Below, one piece after another: positions 26,331 through 39,630 of a stretch of DNA of 64,000 nt. The position numbers and the translations under genes were made by a program. Every line of letters begins with the position of its first letter. Positions within the stretch are counted from its first letter, which is position 1. The DNA comes from Macrostomum lignano. Taxonomy: Eukaryota. The DNA lies in NCBI GenBank assembly GCA_002269645.1, contig NIVC01000045.1:310001-374000 (forward strand), given 5' to 3'. The notes below the pieces were generated by a model. That model made no database searches. It was given only the letters and a program-made list of their open reading frames with translations, and was not told the DNA's origin.

Positions 26331-27267
26331 GACACTCAGGGGCACAGATTTCTCCAGCCTTATATTTCAGCGATCAGAAATCCACTCAAGCTGCCCCATC
26401 CACTCGCGCTGAGCACAGCGGCACGGCAACACTCGGAGACTCCGACAGCCAAGGCTGGATATTGGCATCCTAATTCTCAGCCCTTCAGCATCTCCGTCCC
26501 TAATCCGACTCGTTGCCCTCGAGGGCACAGATTTACCAACTGCCTAATCCGGTCTCTGTAGCCTTCAGCAGGTGTTTAAAAAATCGGGAGAAATATTACT
26601 GAACTATATGCTACTTTCCTCTTGTGCTTAATAAACTGGCTAAATGGTAGCTTGCTCCGCGCTGCTCGAACTACACCCACCCCCCTCCCCTGCTAATCCT
26701 CAGCCCCCAGCGGAGCAGCTGGAAAATCTGCATCTTTATAGAGGCGGCGGAACTTAACAGAAAGAACCGACAGCTGCAAAAGGATCTTAGATAGCTGGCT
26801 TAGATGGATAGACACACTTGTGAGGCATTGATTTCATAGAAAGTACCCTCTCCGTCTCTGAGTCTCTCTTCACTCTCCATCGCCTCACCCGACCCCCCAA
26901 GCCTTGGGAGAAAATAGAGAGACGCTTGCCAGTTGTTTGGACACGTGACGGATGCAGTGCTGCTGACATCCTGCCGGAAAGGCTTGGTGGGCAGCTCAGC
27001 GGAACCCGCGGGCCCTGAAGGGGTGCCACGCGCCATCACAGAGATACCCCCAATGGCGCTCCTTTCCTCTGTCTACGTGAATGGGTATAAAGAATGGCCT
27101 GATGAAATGGAGTAAGGACTGTACATGTTTATCTGTGACTACCTTGAAGTCAAGTTCCAAAAGCTTAGAAAAAATTGCGTATAAAAACTTTGTATTGTAA
27201 AATATGTACAATATTCAATTGTTGGAGCAGTTGACAGGTAAAAAAGGGAATGCTGTGGAGCCTAGGA

Positions 27268-29900
27268 GGCAGTGGACAGGTAAAAGACACACACAGTGGA
27301 CAGGTAAAAGAGACACACAGTGGACAGGTAAAAGACACACACAGTGGACAGGTAAAATATACATACAGTTGGACAGGTAAAAGACACACACAAAGGTCAG
27401 GTAACACACACAGTCGACAGGTAAAAGACACACACAGTGGACAGGTAAAAGACACACACAGTGGACAGGTAAAAGACACACACAGAGGACAGGTAAAAGA
27501 GACACACAGTGGACAGGTAAAAGACACACACAGTGGACAGGTAAAAGACACACACAGTGGACAGGTAAAAGACACACACAGTGGACAGGTAAAAGACACA
27601 CACAGTGGACAGGTAAAAGAAACACACAGTGGACAGGTAAAAGACACACACAGTGGACAGGTAAAAGACACACACAGTGGACAGGTAAAATACACACACA
27701 GTGGACAGGTAAAAGACACACACAGTGGACAGGTAAAAGACACACACAGTGGACAGGTAAAAGACACACACAGTGGACAGGTAAAATATACATACAGTTG
27801 GACAGGTAAAAGACACACACAAAGGTCAGGTAACACACACAGTCGACAGGTAAAAGACACACACAGTGGACAGGTAAAAGACACACACAGTGGACAGGTA
27901 AAAGACACACACAGAGGACAGGTAAAAGAGACACACAGTGGACAGGTAAAAGACACACACAGTGGACAGGTAAAAGACACACACAGTGGACAGGTAAAAG
28001 ACACACACAGTGGACAGGTAAAAGACACACACAGTGGACAGGTAAAAGACACACACAGTGGACAGGTAAAATATACATACAGTTGGACAGGTAAAAGACA
28101 CACACAAAGGTCAGGTAACACACACAGTCGACAGGTAAAAGACACACACAGTGGACAGGTAAAAGACACACACAGTGGACAAGTAAAAGACACACACAGT
28201 GGACAGGTAAAAGACACATACAGTTGGACAGGTAAAAGACACATACAGTTGGACAGGTAAAAGACACACACAGTGGACAGGTAAAAGACACACACAGTGG
28301 ACAGGTAAAAGACACATACAGTTGGACAGGTAAAAGACACACACAGTGGACAGATAAAAAACACACACATTGGACCGGTAAAAGACACACACAGTGGACA
28401 GGTGAAAGACACATTGGACAGGTAAAGACACATTGGACAGGTAAAGACACACACAGAGGTCAGGTGAAAGACACATTGGACAGGTAAAGACACATTGGAC
28501 AGGTAAAGACACACACAGAGGTCAGGTAACACACACAGTCGACAGGTAAAAGACACACACAGTGGACAGGTAAAAGACACACACAGTGGACAGGTAAAAG
28601 ACACACACAGTGGACAGGTAAAAGACACACACAGTGGACAGGTAAAAGACACACACAGTGGACAGGAAAAAGACACACACAGTGGACAGGTAAAAGACAC
28701 ACACAGTGAACAGGTAAAAGACACACACAGTGGACAGGTAAAATATACATACAGTTGGACAGGTAAAAGACACACACAAAGGTCAGGTAACACACACAGT
28801 CGACAGGTAAAAGACACACACAGTGGACAGGTAAAAAACACACACAGTGGACAGGTAAAAGACACACACAGTGGACAGGTAAAAGACACACACAGTGAAC
28901 AGGTAAAAGACACACACAGTGGACAGGTAAAATATACATACAGTTGGACAGGTAAAAGACACACACAAAGGTCAGGTAACACACACAGTCGACAGGTAAA
29001 AGACACACACAGTGGACAGGTAAAAGACACACACAGTGGACAGGTAAAAGACACACACAGTGGACAGGTAAAAGACATACAGTTGGACAGGTAAAAGACA
29101 CACAGTGGACAGGTAAAAGACACACACAGTGGACAGGTAAAAGACACACACAGTGGACAGGTAAAAGACACACACAGTGGACAGGTAAAAGACACACACA
29201 GTGGACAGGTAAAAGACACATACAGTGGACAGGTGAAAGACACATTGGACAGGTAAAGACACATTGGACAGGTAAAGACACACACAGAGGTCAGGTAACA
29301 CACACAGTCGACAGGTAAAAGACACACACAACGGACAAGGTAAAAGACACACACAGTGGACAGGTAAAAGACACACACAGTGGACAGGTGAAAGACACAT
29401 ACAGTTGGACAGGTAAAAGACACACACAGTGGACAGGTAAAAGACACATACAGTTGGACAGGTAAAAGACACACACAGTGGACAGATAAAAAACACACAC
29501 ATTGGACAGGTAAAAGACACACACAGTGGACAGGTGAAAGACACAAACAGTGGACAGGTAAAGACACATTGGACAGTTAAAGACACACACAGAGGTCAGG
29601 TAACACACACAGTCGACAGGTAAAAGACACACACAGTGGACAGGTAAAAGACACACACAGTGGACAGGTAAAAGACACACACAGTGGACAGGTAAAAGAC
29701 ACATACAGTGGACAGGTAAAGGACACACACATTGGACAGGTAAAGACACACACAGAGGTCAGGTAACACACACAGTCGACAGGTAAAAGACACACACAAC
29801 GGACAAGGTAAAAGACACACACAGTGGACAGGTAAAGACACACACAGAGGACAGGTAAAGACACACACAGTGGACAGGTAAAGACACACACAGTGGACAG
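27268..29900. repeat. Minisatellite, 24-bp unit GTGGACAGGTAAAAGACACACACA with higher-order blocks
   Basis: About 110 copies; variant GGTCAGGTAACACACACAGTCGACAGG recurs about 8 times as a block marker. Confidence 0.97.
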
Positions 29901-30569
29901 GCAAAAAAACCTCCCTTTTTCCCCGCTTAAAAACTAGCAATCCAAGTTTCTCTTAGCAGCCATGGATTGCTATAGGTAGCATCTGGACTGGGTGTATCTG
30001 CACTCCATGGAGCCCGCATTATTTCCATCGCCCCGAGGCCCGATTAAGCATAGAAAATCTGGGCGCGGAATTTCTTATTGCATTTTGAGCCGCCCCCCAG
30101 ACTCCCCGTGTATGCTACATCATACTCCCCTATTTTATCCCAGATCCCAAATGCCTGCCCGGGACTTCCTTTTCCCTCCCTCTTCGACTTCCTCCTCAAA
30201 CCAAAAAGCGAACCCGCTTTCCGTTGCTTTTCTTAGTCCCGGGCAGACCTTGCAGGCAGCCAACAAAGGCTCAAAGGTTTCTGAGAGCAACCAGCCCTCC
30301 AGACCTCTCTGGATTGCTTATTGATGAATAAAAATGAGCAAATTGTGCTTGCGTTCGCGGCGGTGGCGGCGCCACGGCGCTGGGGGCTCGCGCACAGGAA
30401 CAGGAATACAGGCTGCGGGATATTTATACGGGGGGGTTATTGTGTGATTAGATGCGTTTTGTTGGGTTTGGAAATCTTGACTAAATTAACTTTGTGCTTA
30501 ACACAAAGAATGGTCGTAGGTAGCTAGGTATGTTGACAGGTAGATGGTTAGTTAGTTCGCTTTTATTTA

Positions 30570-30590
30570 TCTAGATAGATAAATAGATAC

Positions 30591-30635
<45 letters not shown>

Positions 30636-30684
30636 CAGATAGATAGATAGATAGACAGACAGATAGATAGATAAATAGATAGAC

Positions 30685-30773
<89 letters not shown>

Positions 30774-30804
30774 CATAGATAGATAGATAGATAGATAGAT
30801 AGAC

Positions 30805-30837
<33 letters not shown>

Positions 30838-30838
30838 C

Positions 30839-30879
<41 letters not shown>

Positions 30880-30905
30880 CAGATAGATAGATAGATAGAT
30901 AGATA
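30570..30905. repeat. (GATA)n microsatellite
   Basis: Direct reading. Confidence 0.98.
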
Positions 30906-31479
30906 CAGGCAGACTAACAGACTGACAGCATAACAAAGACCCCAGCACACAGCAGGCAGCGAACAACGGTCCCAGTGTCACTATTTACTCAACTGAGCAG
31001 CACCCCGCTGAGCAGCGGTCCCCATCAATAATTGAAACCAGGCGACCAGAAACTCCTTCGCTTCCTCCTTCCCCAGCCTCATTCACCGCGCCAGTGCAGA
31101 CTCCGAGAAGACTAATGATGCAGCGCAGCGATAACAATTGATGGCGGGCCTGCCGCCTCCCAGCCTCCCTCAGGAGTACCGACCCCCGTACAACTTGTAA
31201 ATCCTTCGATATACGAGCGTACCTGTCGAATGATGATGAAGTCAGGCGCAGGAGGTGCAGAGGGTTGAGCCCAGTACGTGGAGCCAGTCTAAATTAGGCA
31301 TGCAACTGCTAAAGCTTCAAGGTTGCAAAATATTGCAGACACTTGAGTTGCACGTTGAGTTTCAGATGCAGAATCTGGTTCCGACCCTGACTGGATGGAG
31401 CTGGCCATGCGAGGAATAAGTGATCAAGTTTTGTCAAGTAAATTTATGGATAAATAACATTTAAAGATGTACTGATCTA

Positions 31480-33000
31480 GTGAGCATCTATTGGATATCT
31501 ACTGAGCATCTATTGGATATCTACTGAGCATCTATTGGATATCTACTGAGCATCTATTGCATATCTACTGAGCATCTATTGTATATCTACTGAGCATCTA
31601 TTGTATATCTACTGAGCATCTATTGGATATCTACTGAGCATCTATTGGATATCTACTGAGCATCTATTGGATATCTACTGAGCATCTATTGGATATCTAC
31701 TGAGCATCTATTGGATATCTACTGAGCATCTATTGCATATCTACTGAGCATCTATTGTATATCTACTGAGCATCTATTGTATATCTACTGAGCATCTATT
31801 GGATATCTACTGAGCATCTATTGGATATCTACTGAGCATCTATTGGATATCTACTGAGCATCTACTGTAAATCTACTGAGCATCTATTGCATATCTACTG
31901 AGCATCTATTGGATATCTACTGAGCATCTATTGGATATCTACTGAGCATCTATTGGATATCTACTGAGCATCTATTGGATATCTACTAAGCATCTACTGT
32001 AAATCTACTGAGCATCTATTGGATATCTACTGAGCATCTATTGGATATCTACTAAGCATCTATTGGATATCTACTGAGCATCTATTGGATATCTACTGAG
32101 CATCTATTGGATATCTACTGAGCATCTATTGGATATCTACTGAGCATCTATTGGATATCTACTGAGCATCTATTGTATATCTACTGAGCATCTATTGGAT
32201 ATCTACTGAGCATCTATTGGATATCTACTGAGCATCTATTGGATATCTACTGAGCATCTATTGGATATCTACTAAGCATCTATTGGATATCTACTGAGCA
32301 TCCATTGGATATCTACTAAGCATCTATTGGATATCTACTGAGCATCTATTGGATATCTACTGAGCATCTATTGGATATCTACTGAGCATCTATTGCATAT
32401 CTACTGAGCATCTATTGTATATCTACTGAGCATCTATTGGATATCTACTGAGCATCTATTGGATATCTACTGAGCATCTATTGTATATCTACTGAGCATC
32501 TATTGGATATCTACTGAGCATCTATTGGACATCTAATGAGCATCTATTGGACATCTAATGAGCATCTATTGGGTATCTATTGAGCATCTATTGTATATCT
32601 ACTGAGCATCTATTGTATATCTACTGAGCATCTATTGTATATCTACTGAGCATCTATTGTATATCTACTGAGCATCTATTGTATATCTACTGAGCATCTA
32701 TTGGATATCTACTGAGCATCTATTGGATATCTACTGAGCATCTATTGGATATCTACTGAGTATATATTGGATATCTACTGAGCATCTATTGTATATCTAC
32801 TGAGCATCTATTGTGTATCTACTGAGCATCTATTGGATATCTACTGAGCATCTATTGGATATCTACTGAGTATCTATTGGATATCTACTAAGCATCTACT
32901 GTAAATCTACTGAGCATCTACTGTACATCTACTGAGCATGTATTTTATATCTACTGAGCATCCATTGGGTATCTACTGAGAATCTCTTGAGCATCTATTA
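31480..33000 (+). repeat. Satellite S, 22-bp unit CTACTGAGCATCTATTGGATAT (forward orientation)
   Basis: About 68 copies. Confidence 0.97.
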
Positions 33001-33534
33001 AGCTGAAAACGAATGTTCAACTAAAGCGAAGTTATGATAACTTTAGTAAAATATAAATCAGAAACTCTTGGTTCTGTAACTCTGAAGGCAGTCAGCGCTT
33101 TGACTCCTGAGCTGCATTTGAGATTCCTTGCCTGAACCCAAGAAATCCGCCCTTCTCAACTTGCCTTTGTCGGTCGGCAGTTAGTAGCTGGGAAGAATGT
33201 GATTGAGAACCCGCTCTGTGATGGAGCAGAGGCTTTGCCAGGTTAACTCCGACATCGCATTGTCAGTGAATCATTTTTTATAGACAGCAGAATCTGGGGG
33301 GAGGCTGAACATGATTTGCCTGTTTTTTTCTTTCTTCAGTTTAATTTATTGCTGAATAAATCGTCTAAACCTCATAAAAAGTTTATGATTTCATTCAAGA
33401 TTCTGTTTTGTTACAGTCAGCTGCGGCCTTCGGATGGGATTTCTGGGGATAATGCTTATTTGGGGCGCCACACTGGGGGCGCCAGCCTCAATTCTTGCAA
33501 AGATGCTCGTATTTTATATTTTTAGTACCACAAG

Positions 33535-34545
33535 ACTAATAGATGCTCAGTAGATGCCAATAGATGCTCATTAGATACCCACCCAATAGAATAAATGCTC
33601 AGTAGATGATCAATAGATGCTCATTAGATACCCAATAGATGCTCAGTAGATGCCAATTAGATGTTCATTAGATACCCAATAGATGCTCAGTAGATGCCCA
33701 ATAGATGCTCAGTAGATACCCAATAGATGCTCAGTAGATGCCAATTAGATGTTCATTAGATACCCAATAGATGCTCAGTAGATGCCCAATAGATGCTCAG
33801 TAGATACCCAATAGATGCTCAGTAGATGCCAATTAGATGTTCATTAGATACCCAATAGATGCTCAGTAGATACCCAATAGATGCTCAGTAGATATACAAT
33901 AGATGCTCAATAGATACCCAATAGATGCTCAGTAGATGCCCAATAGATGCTCAGTAGATACCCAATAGATGCTCCGTAGATGCCAATTAGATGTTCATTA
34001 GATACCCAATAGATGCTCAGTAGATGCCCAATAGATGCTCAGTAGATACACAATAGATGCTCAGTAGATGCCCAATAGATGCTCAGTAGATACACAATAG
34101 ATGCTCAGTAGATGCCCAATAGATGCTCAGTAGATACACAATAGATGCTCAGTAGATACACAATAGATGTTCATTAGATACACAATAGATGCTCAGTAGA
34201 TGCCCAATAGATGCTCAGTAGATACACAATAGATGCTCAGTAGATACACAATAGATGCTCAGTAGATATCCAATAGATGCTCAGTAGATACCCAATAGAT
34301 GCTCAGTAGATACCCAATAGATGCTCAGTAGATACCCAATAGATGCTCAGTAGATGCCAATAGATGCTCAGTAGATACCCAATAGATGCTCAGTAGATGC
34401 CAATAAATGCTCAGTATATATCCAATAGATGCTCAGTAGATGCCAATAGATGCTCAGTAGATATACAATAGATGCTCAGTAGATATCCAATAGATGCTCA
34501 GTAGATATCCAATAGATGCTCAGTAGATTCTCAAAAGATGCTCAG
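33535..34545 (-). repeat. Satellite S, reverse orientation (CCAATAGATGCTCAGTAGATAC on the + strand)
   Basis: Unit is the reverse complement of the 31480-33000 unit, with more divergence. Confidence 0.93.
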
Positions 34546-34974
34546 GCTCTCCTGTGTGAAATCTGCACCTTCATCAGATGACAAAGCTTTAGCAATCTGT
34601 GCAATGTGCAAGTTTATTTATACATTTACACTCAAGTCATCATGTAGACTGCAGTCTTCTGACTAAATAATAAACATTAATAATTAATTAGGGAAGAGCT
34701 GACTGAGAGTTGAGACAGGGCATTGATTGAATCCGCTCAATGCGGTCAGTTCTCACCAGAGGGTGAAATGTTACATGTGGTAATAAAACTGTTTTATTGT
34801 TAGGCTTTTTACCTGCCTGTGAGATTGCGGTGGCCAATGAAATTTCAACTAGCGATGGGTTAAACACAGCTTGGGGTGCAAAACTGCTTGACTAGGCTAG
34901 ATGAAAACTAAAAATTGTTAATGTTGCTTATATAGTGCAAGAGGTATCTGACACATTTCTATTGATAAATAAAA

Positions 34975-35350
34975 AGTGATATAACGGTAGATAGAGGTGA
35001 TAAAACGATACGTAGGGGTGATATAAAGGTAGACAGAGGTGATATACCGGTAGACAGCGGTGATATACCGGTAGACAGAGGTGATATACCGGTAGACAGC
35101 GGTGATATACCGGTAGACAGAGGTGATATACCGGTAGACAGCGGTGATATACCGGTAGACAGTGGTGATATACCGGTAGACAGCGGTGATATACCGGTAG
35201 ACAGTGGTGATATACCGGTAGACAGCGGTGATATGACGGTAGACAGGGGTGATAAAACGGTAGACAGTGGTGATATAGCGGTAGACAGAGGTGATATATC
35301 GGTAGACAAGAATATATATTGGTAGATATGGGTGATGTACCGGTAGACAG
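34975..35350. repeat. Minisatellite, 21-bp unit GGTGATATACCGGTAGACAGC
   Basis: About 15 copies; explains the VYRYITA ORF. Confidence 0.95.
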
Positions 35351-35994
35351 AGACTCAAACTGAAGTACATTAGCAGATCATGAGATGCATAATTAGTTAA
35401 TCAATTAATTCACACAGTGCTCTCGCAGAATCGAACCATGAACCTCAAAAGTGAGCAGAATATATAGAAAATACATTGATTTTCAGTGCAGTATAGAACA
35501 GAACTCTTCAGAAGTACTAGAAGCACGACTGAGCTATCTAAAAAATGAAGCAAAACCATTTCTGACAAGATTAATGCATTTTACTCGTCAAGAGCTTGGT
35601 CTGCCTGAGATAATCAAATTAAAACATTATAACCTCTAGTACGCGCACCAACTGTACTACTAAGTCAGTACCATGCTGCAAAGAGCATTGTGTTTTTTGC
35701 TGAATAAAGTTGATGCTAGAGAATTGTTAAAAAACAAACGTACCTGTTGATAGTACTATCAGTAGGTTCAATTATTTGAAGGCTCATTAGAACAATAAAA
35801 ACAAGTTTTTTTCATCTTTTTATTTCAGAAAAATATCAACTGCCGCGAAAAAAATATGAAAAAAAAGTCTAGTTTTTTGTCTTTCTTTTCTGGCTTGTAT
35901 TTTTCACTCTGGTTTTTCAAATAATTTCTGAAGTGTCAAACTGTATCGTCTTGTTTATGCAGCGGTACTTTTTAGTTGAATATTCAGCTAATAG

Positions 35995-36132
35995 ATAATA
36001 AGATGCCCAATAGATGCTCAGTAGACGATCAATAGATGCTCATTACATGCCCAATAGATGCTCATTAGATTCCCAATAGATGCATTAGAAACCCACCCAA
36101 TAGATACTCATTAGATACCCTTTAGATGTTCA
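35995..36132 (-). repeat. Satellite S, reverse orientation, left remnant of an array split by the Helitron
   Basis: AATAGATGCTCA(G/T)TAGA units up to the Helitron CTAG end. Confidence 0.85.
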
Positions 36133-36289
36133 CTAGCAATCTTCGCCCCCCGATGGGGGACATCTGGTTAGAATCCTTGTTCTTTACAAATAACAAATAG
36201 ACAGCGAACTAAAGCCTTCAAAAAACAACAACAGACATTCCCTCTAAAAACAAAACATCCCAAGACAGCAAGCATCCTCAGACAGCATT

Positions 36290-36425
36290 CAAGCATCGAT
36301 CCCAAAATAGCAAGCATCCCCCAGGTAGCAAGCATCCCCCCGATAGCAAGCAACCCCAGATAGCAAGCATCCCCCAGATCGCAAGCATCCCCCAGATAGC
36401 AAGCACCCCAAATAGTAAGCATCCA
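36290..36425. repeat. Short 18-bp minisatellite TAGCAAGCATCCCCCAGA inside the Helitron
   Basis: About 7 copies. Confidence 0.85.
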
Positions 36426-36529
36426 CCATACAATAAGTAAAGTAGCTAGTGCTACAATTTCCTTAGCTCTATAGTGGCTCCTTTAAAATTGGCATGACGC
36501 TTACTTTTACGTTTGAAATTGTGTAAATT

Positions 36530-39520
36530 TTATGTTTGACATGGTGGCTTTTTAATGTTTGACATGGTGGCTCTTTAATGTTTGACATGGTGGCTCTTTT
36601 ATGTTCTACATGGTGGCTCTCTTATGTTTGATTCAGGGTTTTTTTAATGTCTGACATGGTGTCTCTTTATTGTTTGACATGGTGGCGTTTTACTGTTTGA
36701 CATTATGGCTCTTTAATTTTTGACATGGTGGCTCTTTTATGTTTGAAATGGTGGCTCTTTATGTTAGACATGGTGGCTCTTTAATGTTCGACATGGTGGC
36801 TCTTTAATGTTAGACATGATGGCTCTTTAATGTTTGACATTGCGGCTCTTTTAATGTTTGACATGGTGGCTCTTTTATGTTGGACATGGTGGCTCTTTTT
36901 TGCTTGACATGGTGGCTCTTTACTGTTTGACATGGTGGCTCTTTAATGTTCGAAATGGTGGCTCTTTAATGTTTGACATGATGGCTCTTTTATGTTTGAC
37001 ATGGTGGCTCTTTTATGTTGGACATAGTGGTTCTTTAATGTTCGACATTGGTTGCTCTTTTATGTTCAAAAAGGTGGCTTTTTAATGTTAGACATGGTGG
37101 CTCTTTAATGTTCGACATGGTGGCTCTTTAATGTTAGACATGGTGTCTCTTTATTGTTCGACATGATGGCTCTTTAATGTTTGACATTGCGGCTCTTTAA
37201 TGTTTGACATGGTGGCTCCTTTATGTTTGACATGGTGGCTCTTTTTTGATTGACATGGTGGCTCCTTTATGTTTGACATGATGGCTCTTTTATGTTTGAC
37301 ATGGTGGCTCTTTAATGTTTTACGTGGTGGCTCTTTAATGTTCTTCATGGTAGCTCTTTTATGTTTGACATGGAGTCACGAATATACTTGACATGGTGAC
37401 TCGTTATTGTTCGACATGGTGGCTCTTCTATGTTTGACATGGTAGCACTTTAATGTTTGACATGCTGGCTCTATAATGTTTGACATGGAGTCACATATAT
37501 GTTGGACATGGTGGCTCTTTAATGTTCGACATGGTGGCTCTTTAATGTTTGACATGGTGGCTCTTCAATGTTTGACATGATGGCTCTTCAATGTTTGACA
37601 TTGCGGCTCTTTAATGTTTGACATGGTGGCTCCTTTATGTTTGACATGGTGGCTGTTTTAAGTTTGACATGGTGGCTCTTTTTTGATTGACATGGTGGCT
37701 CCTTTATGTTTGACATGATGGCTCTTTTATGTTTGACATGGTGGCTCTTTTATGTTTGACATGGTGGCTGTTTTATGTTTGACATGGTGGCTCTTCTATG
37801 TTTGACATGGTGGCTCTTTAATGTTCTACATGGTGGCTCTCTTATGTTTGATTCGGGTTTTTTTTAATGTCTGACATGGTGTCCCTTTATTGTTTGACAT
37901 AGTGGCTCTTTTATGTTTGACATGATGGCTCTTTAATGTTCGACATGGTGGCTCTTTAATGTTTGACATGGTGGCTCTTTAATGTTTGACCTGGTGGCAC
38001 CTTAATGTAATGATGGCTCTTTAATGTTTGAAATGGTGGCTCTTTAATGTTCGACATGGTGGCTCCTTTATGTTTAACATGGTGCTCTTAAATGTTTGAC
38101 ATCGTGGCTCTTTAATGTTTGACATGGTGGCTCTCTAGTGTTTCACATGGAGTCACGTCTGTGTTTGACATGGAGTCACGTATATATTTGGCATGGAGTC
38201 ACGTATATGCTTTTCATGGTGGCTCTTTTATGTTTGACATGGTGGGTCTTTAATGTTTGACATGGTGGCTCTTTAATTTTTGACATGATGGCTCTTTAAT
38301 GTTCGACATGATGGCTGTTTAATGTTTGTTATGTAGTCATGTGTATATGTTTTACATGGTGGCTCTTTTATGTGTGACATGGAGTCACGTATATATTTGA
38401 CATGGAGTCACATATATGTTTGACATGATGGCTCTTTTATGTTTGACATGGTGGCTCTTTTATGTTTGACATGGTGGCTGTTTTATGTTTGACATGGTGG
38501 CTCTTCTATGTTTGACATGGTGGCTCTTTAATGTTCTACATGGTGGCTCTCTTATGTTTGATTCGGGTTTTTTTTAATGTCTGACATGGTGTCCCTTTAT
38601 TGTTTGACATAGTGGCTCTTTTATGTTTGACATGATGGCTCTTTAATGTTCGACATGGTGGCTCTTTAATGTTTGACATGGTGGCTCTTTAATGTTTGAC
38701 ATGGTGGCTCTTTTATGCTTGACATGGTGGCTCTTTAATGTTTGACATAAAGTCACTTATACATGGTGTCTCTTAAATATTAGACATGGTGGCTCGTTTA
38801 GGTTTGACATGTTGGCTCTTTTATGTTTGACATGGTGGCTCTTTTATGTTCGACATGGTGGCTCTTTTTTGTTCTACATGGTAACTCTTTTATGTTTGAT
38901 ACGGTGGCTTTTTAATATCTGACATGGTGGCTCATCTATGTTTGACATTGTGGCTCTTCTGTGTTTGACATGGTGGCTGTTTAATGTTTGACATGGTGGC
39001 TCTTTAATGTACGACATAATGGCTCGTTTAAGTTGGACATGGTGGCTTTTTAATGTTTGACATGGTAGCTCTGTTATGTTCGACATGGTGGCTCTTTTAG
39101 GTTTGACATGGTGGCTCTTAAATGTTTCACATGGTGGCTCTTAAATGTCTTACATGGTGGCTCTTTTATGTTTGACAATGTGGCTGTTTAATGTTTTACA
39201 TGGCGGCTCTTTTATGTTCGACATGGTGGCTCTTTAATGTTTGACATGCTAGCTCTTTAATGTTCGACATAGTGGCTCTTTTATGTTTGGCATGGTGGCT
39301 ATTTAATGTTCTTCATGGTGGCTCTTTTACGTTTGACATGGTGGGTCTTTAATGTTCGACGTGGTGGCTCTTTAATTTTCGAAATGGTGACTCTTTTATG
39401 TTTCACATGGTGGCTCTTTAATGTTTGACATAGAGTGACGTATATGTTTTACATGGTGCCCATGTAATGTTTGACATGGTGCCTCTTTTATGTTTGACAT
39501 TGTGCTTTTTTATGTTTAGC
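36530..39520. repeat. Satellite T, 23-bp unit TTTGACATGGTGGCTCTTTAATG inside the Helitron
   Basis: About 130 diverged copies with internal block duplications (e.g. GATTCGGGTTTTTTTTAATGTCTGAC at about 37850 and 38560). Confidence 0.97.
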
Positions 39521-39569
39521 AGTTTCGTGTTTTCAAGGTGTTTTAATAAAAAAATCTTTTTGCAGCACT

Positions 39570-39630
39570 AAGATTGGAACCCAGGTCGCTGCATTAGCAG
39601 TCCAGTCTGTTCGCATCTATGCTATCTCTT
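39570..39630 (-). other. tRNA-like (SINE-head-like) remnant inside the Helitron
   Basis: Minus strand GATAGCATAGATGCGAACAGACTGGACTGCTAATGCAGCGACCTGGGTTCCAATC: GGACT-GCT-AAT resembles a tRNA-Ser(GCT) anticodon arm and GGTTCCAATC a degenerate B box. No complete cloverleaf. Confidence 0.35.

Noticed and set aside
24955-29900. CRISPR-like regular arrays (29-bp and 24-bp units)
   Set aside because: No unique spacers, no cas genes, eukaryotic context; they are plain tandem repeats.
27165-29940. 800-aa Cys-rich ORF resembling metallothionein or keratin-associated proteins
   Set aside because: Produced by the 24-bp unit on the stop-poor strand; several frames are equally open.
30980-31330. Open minus-strand frame of about 110 codons without ATG
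   Set aside because: No recognisable domain or convincing splice sites.
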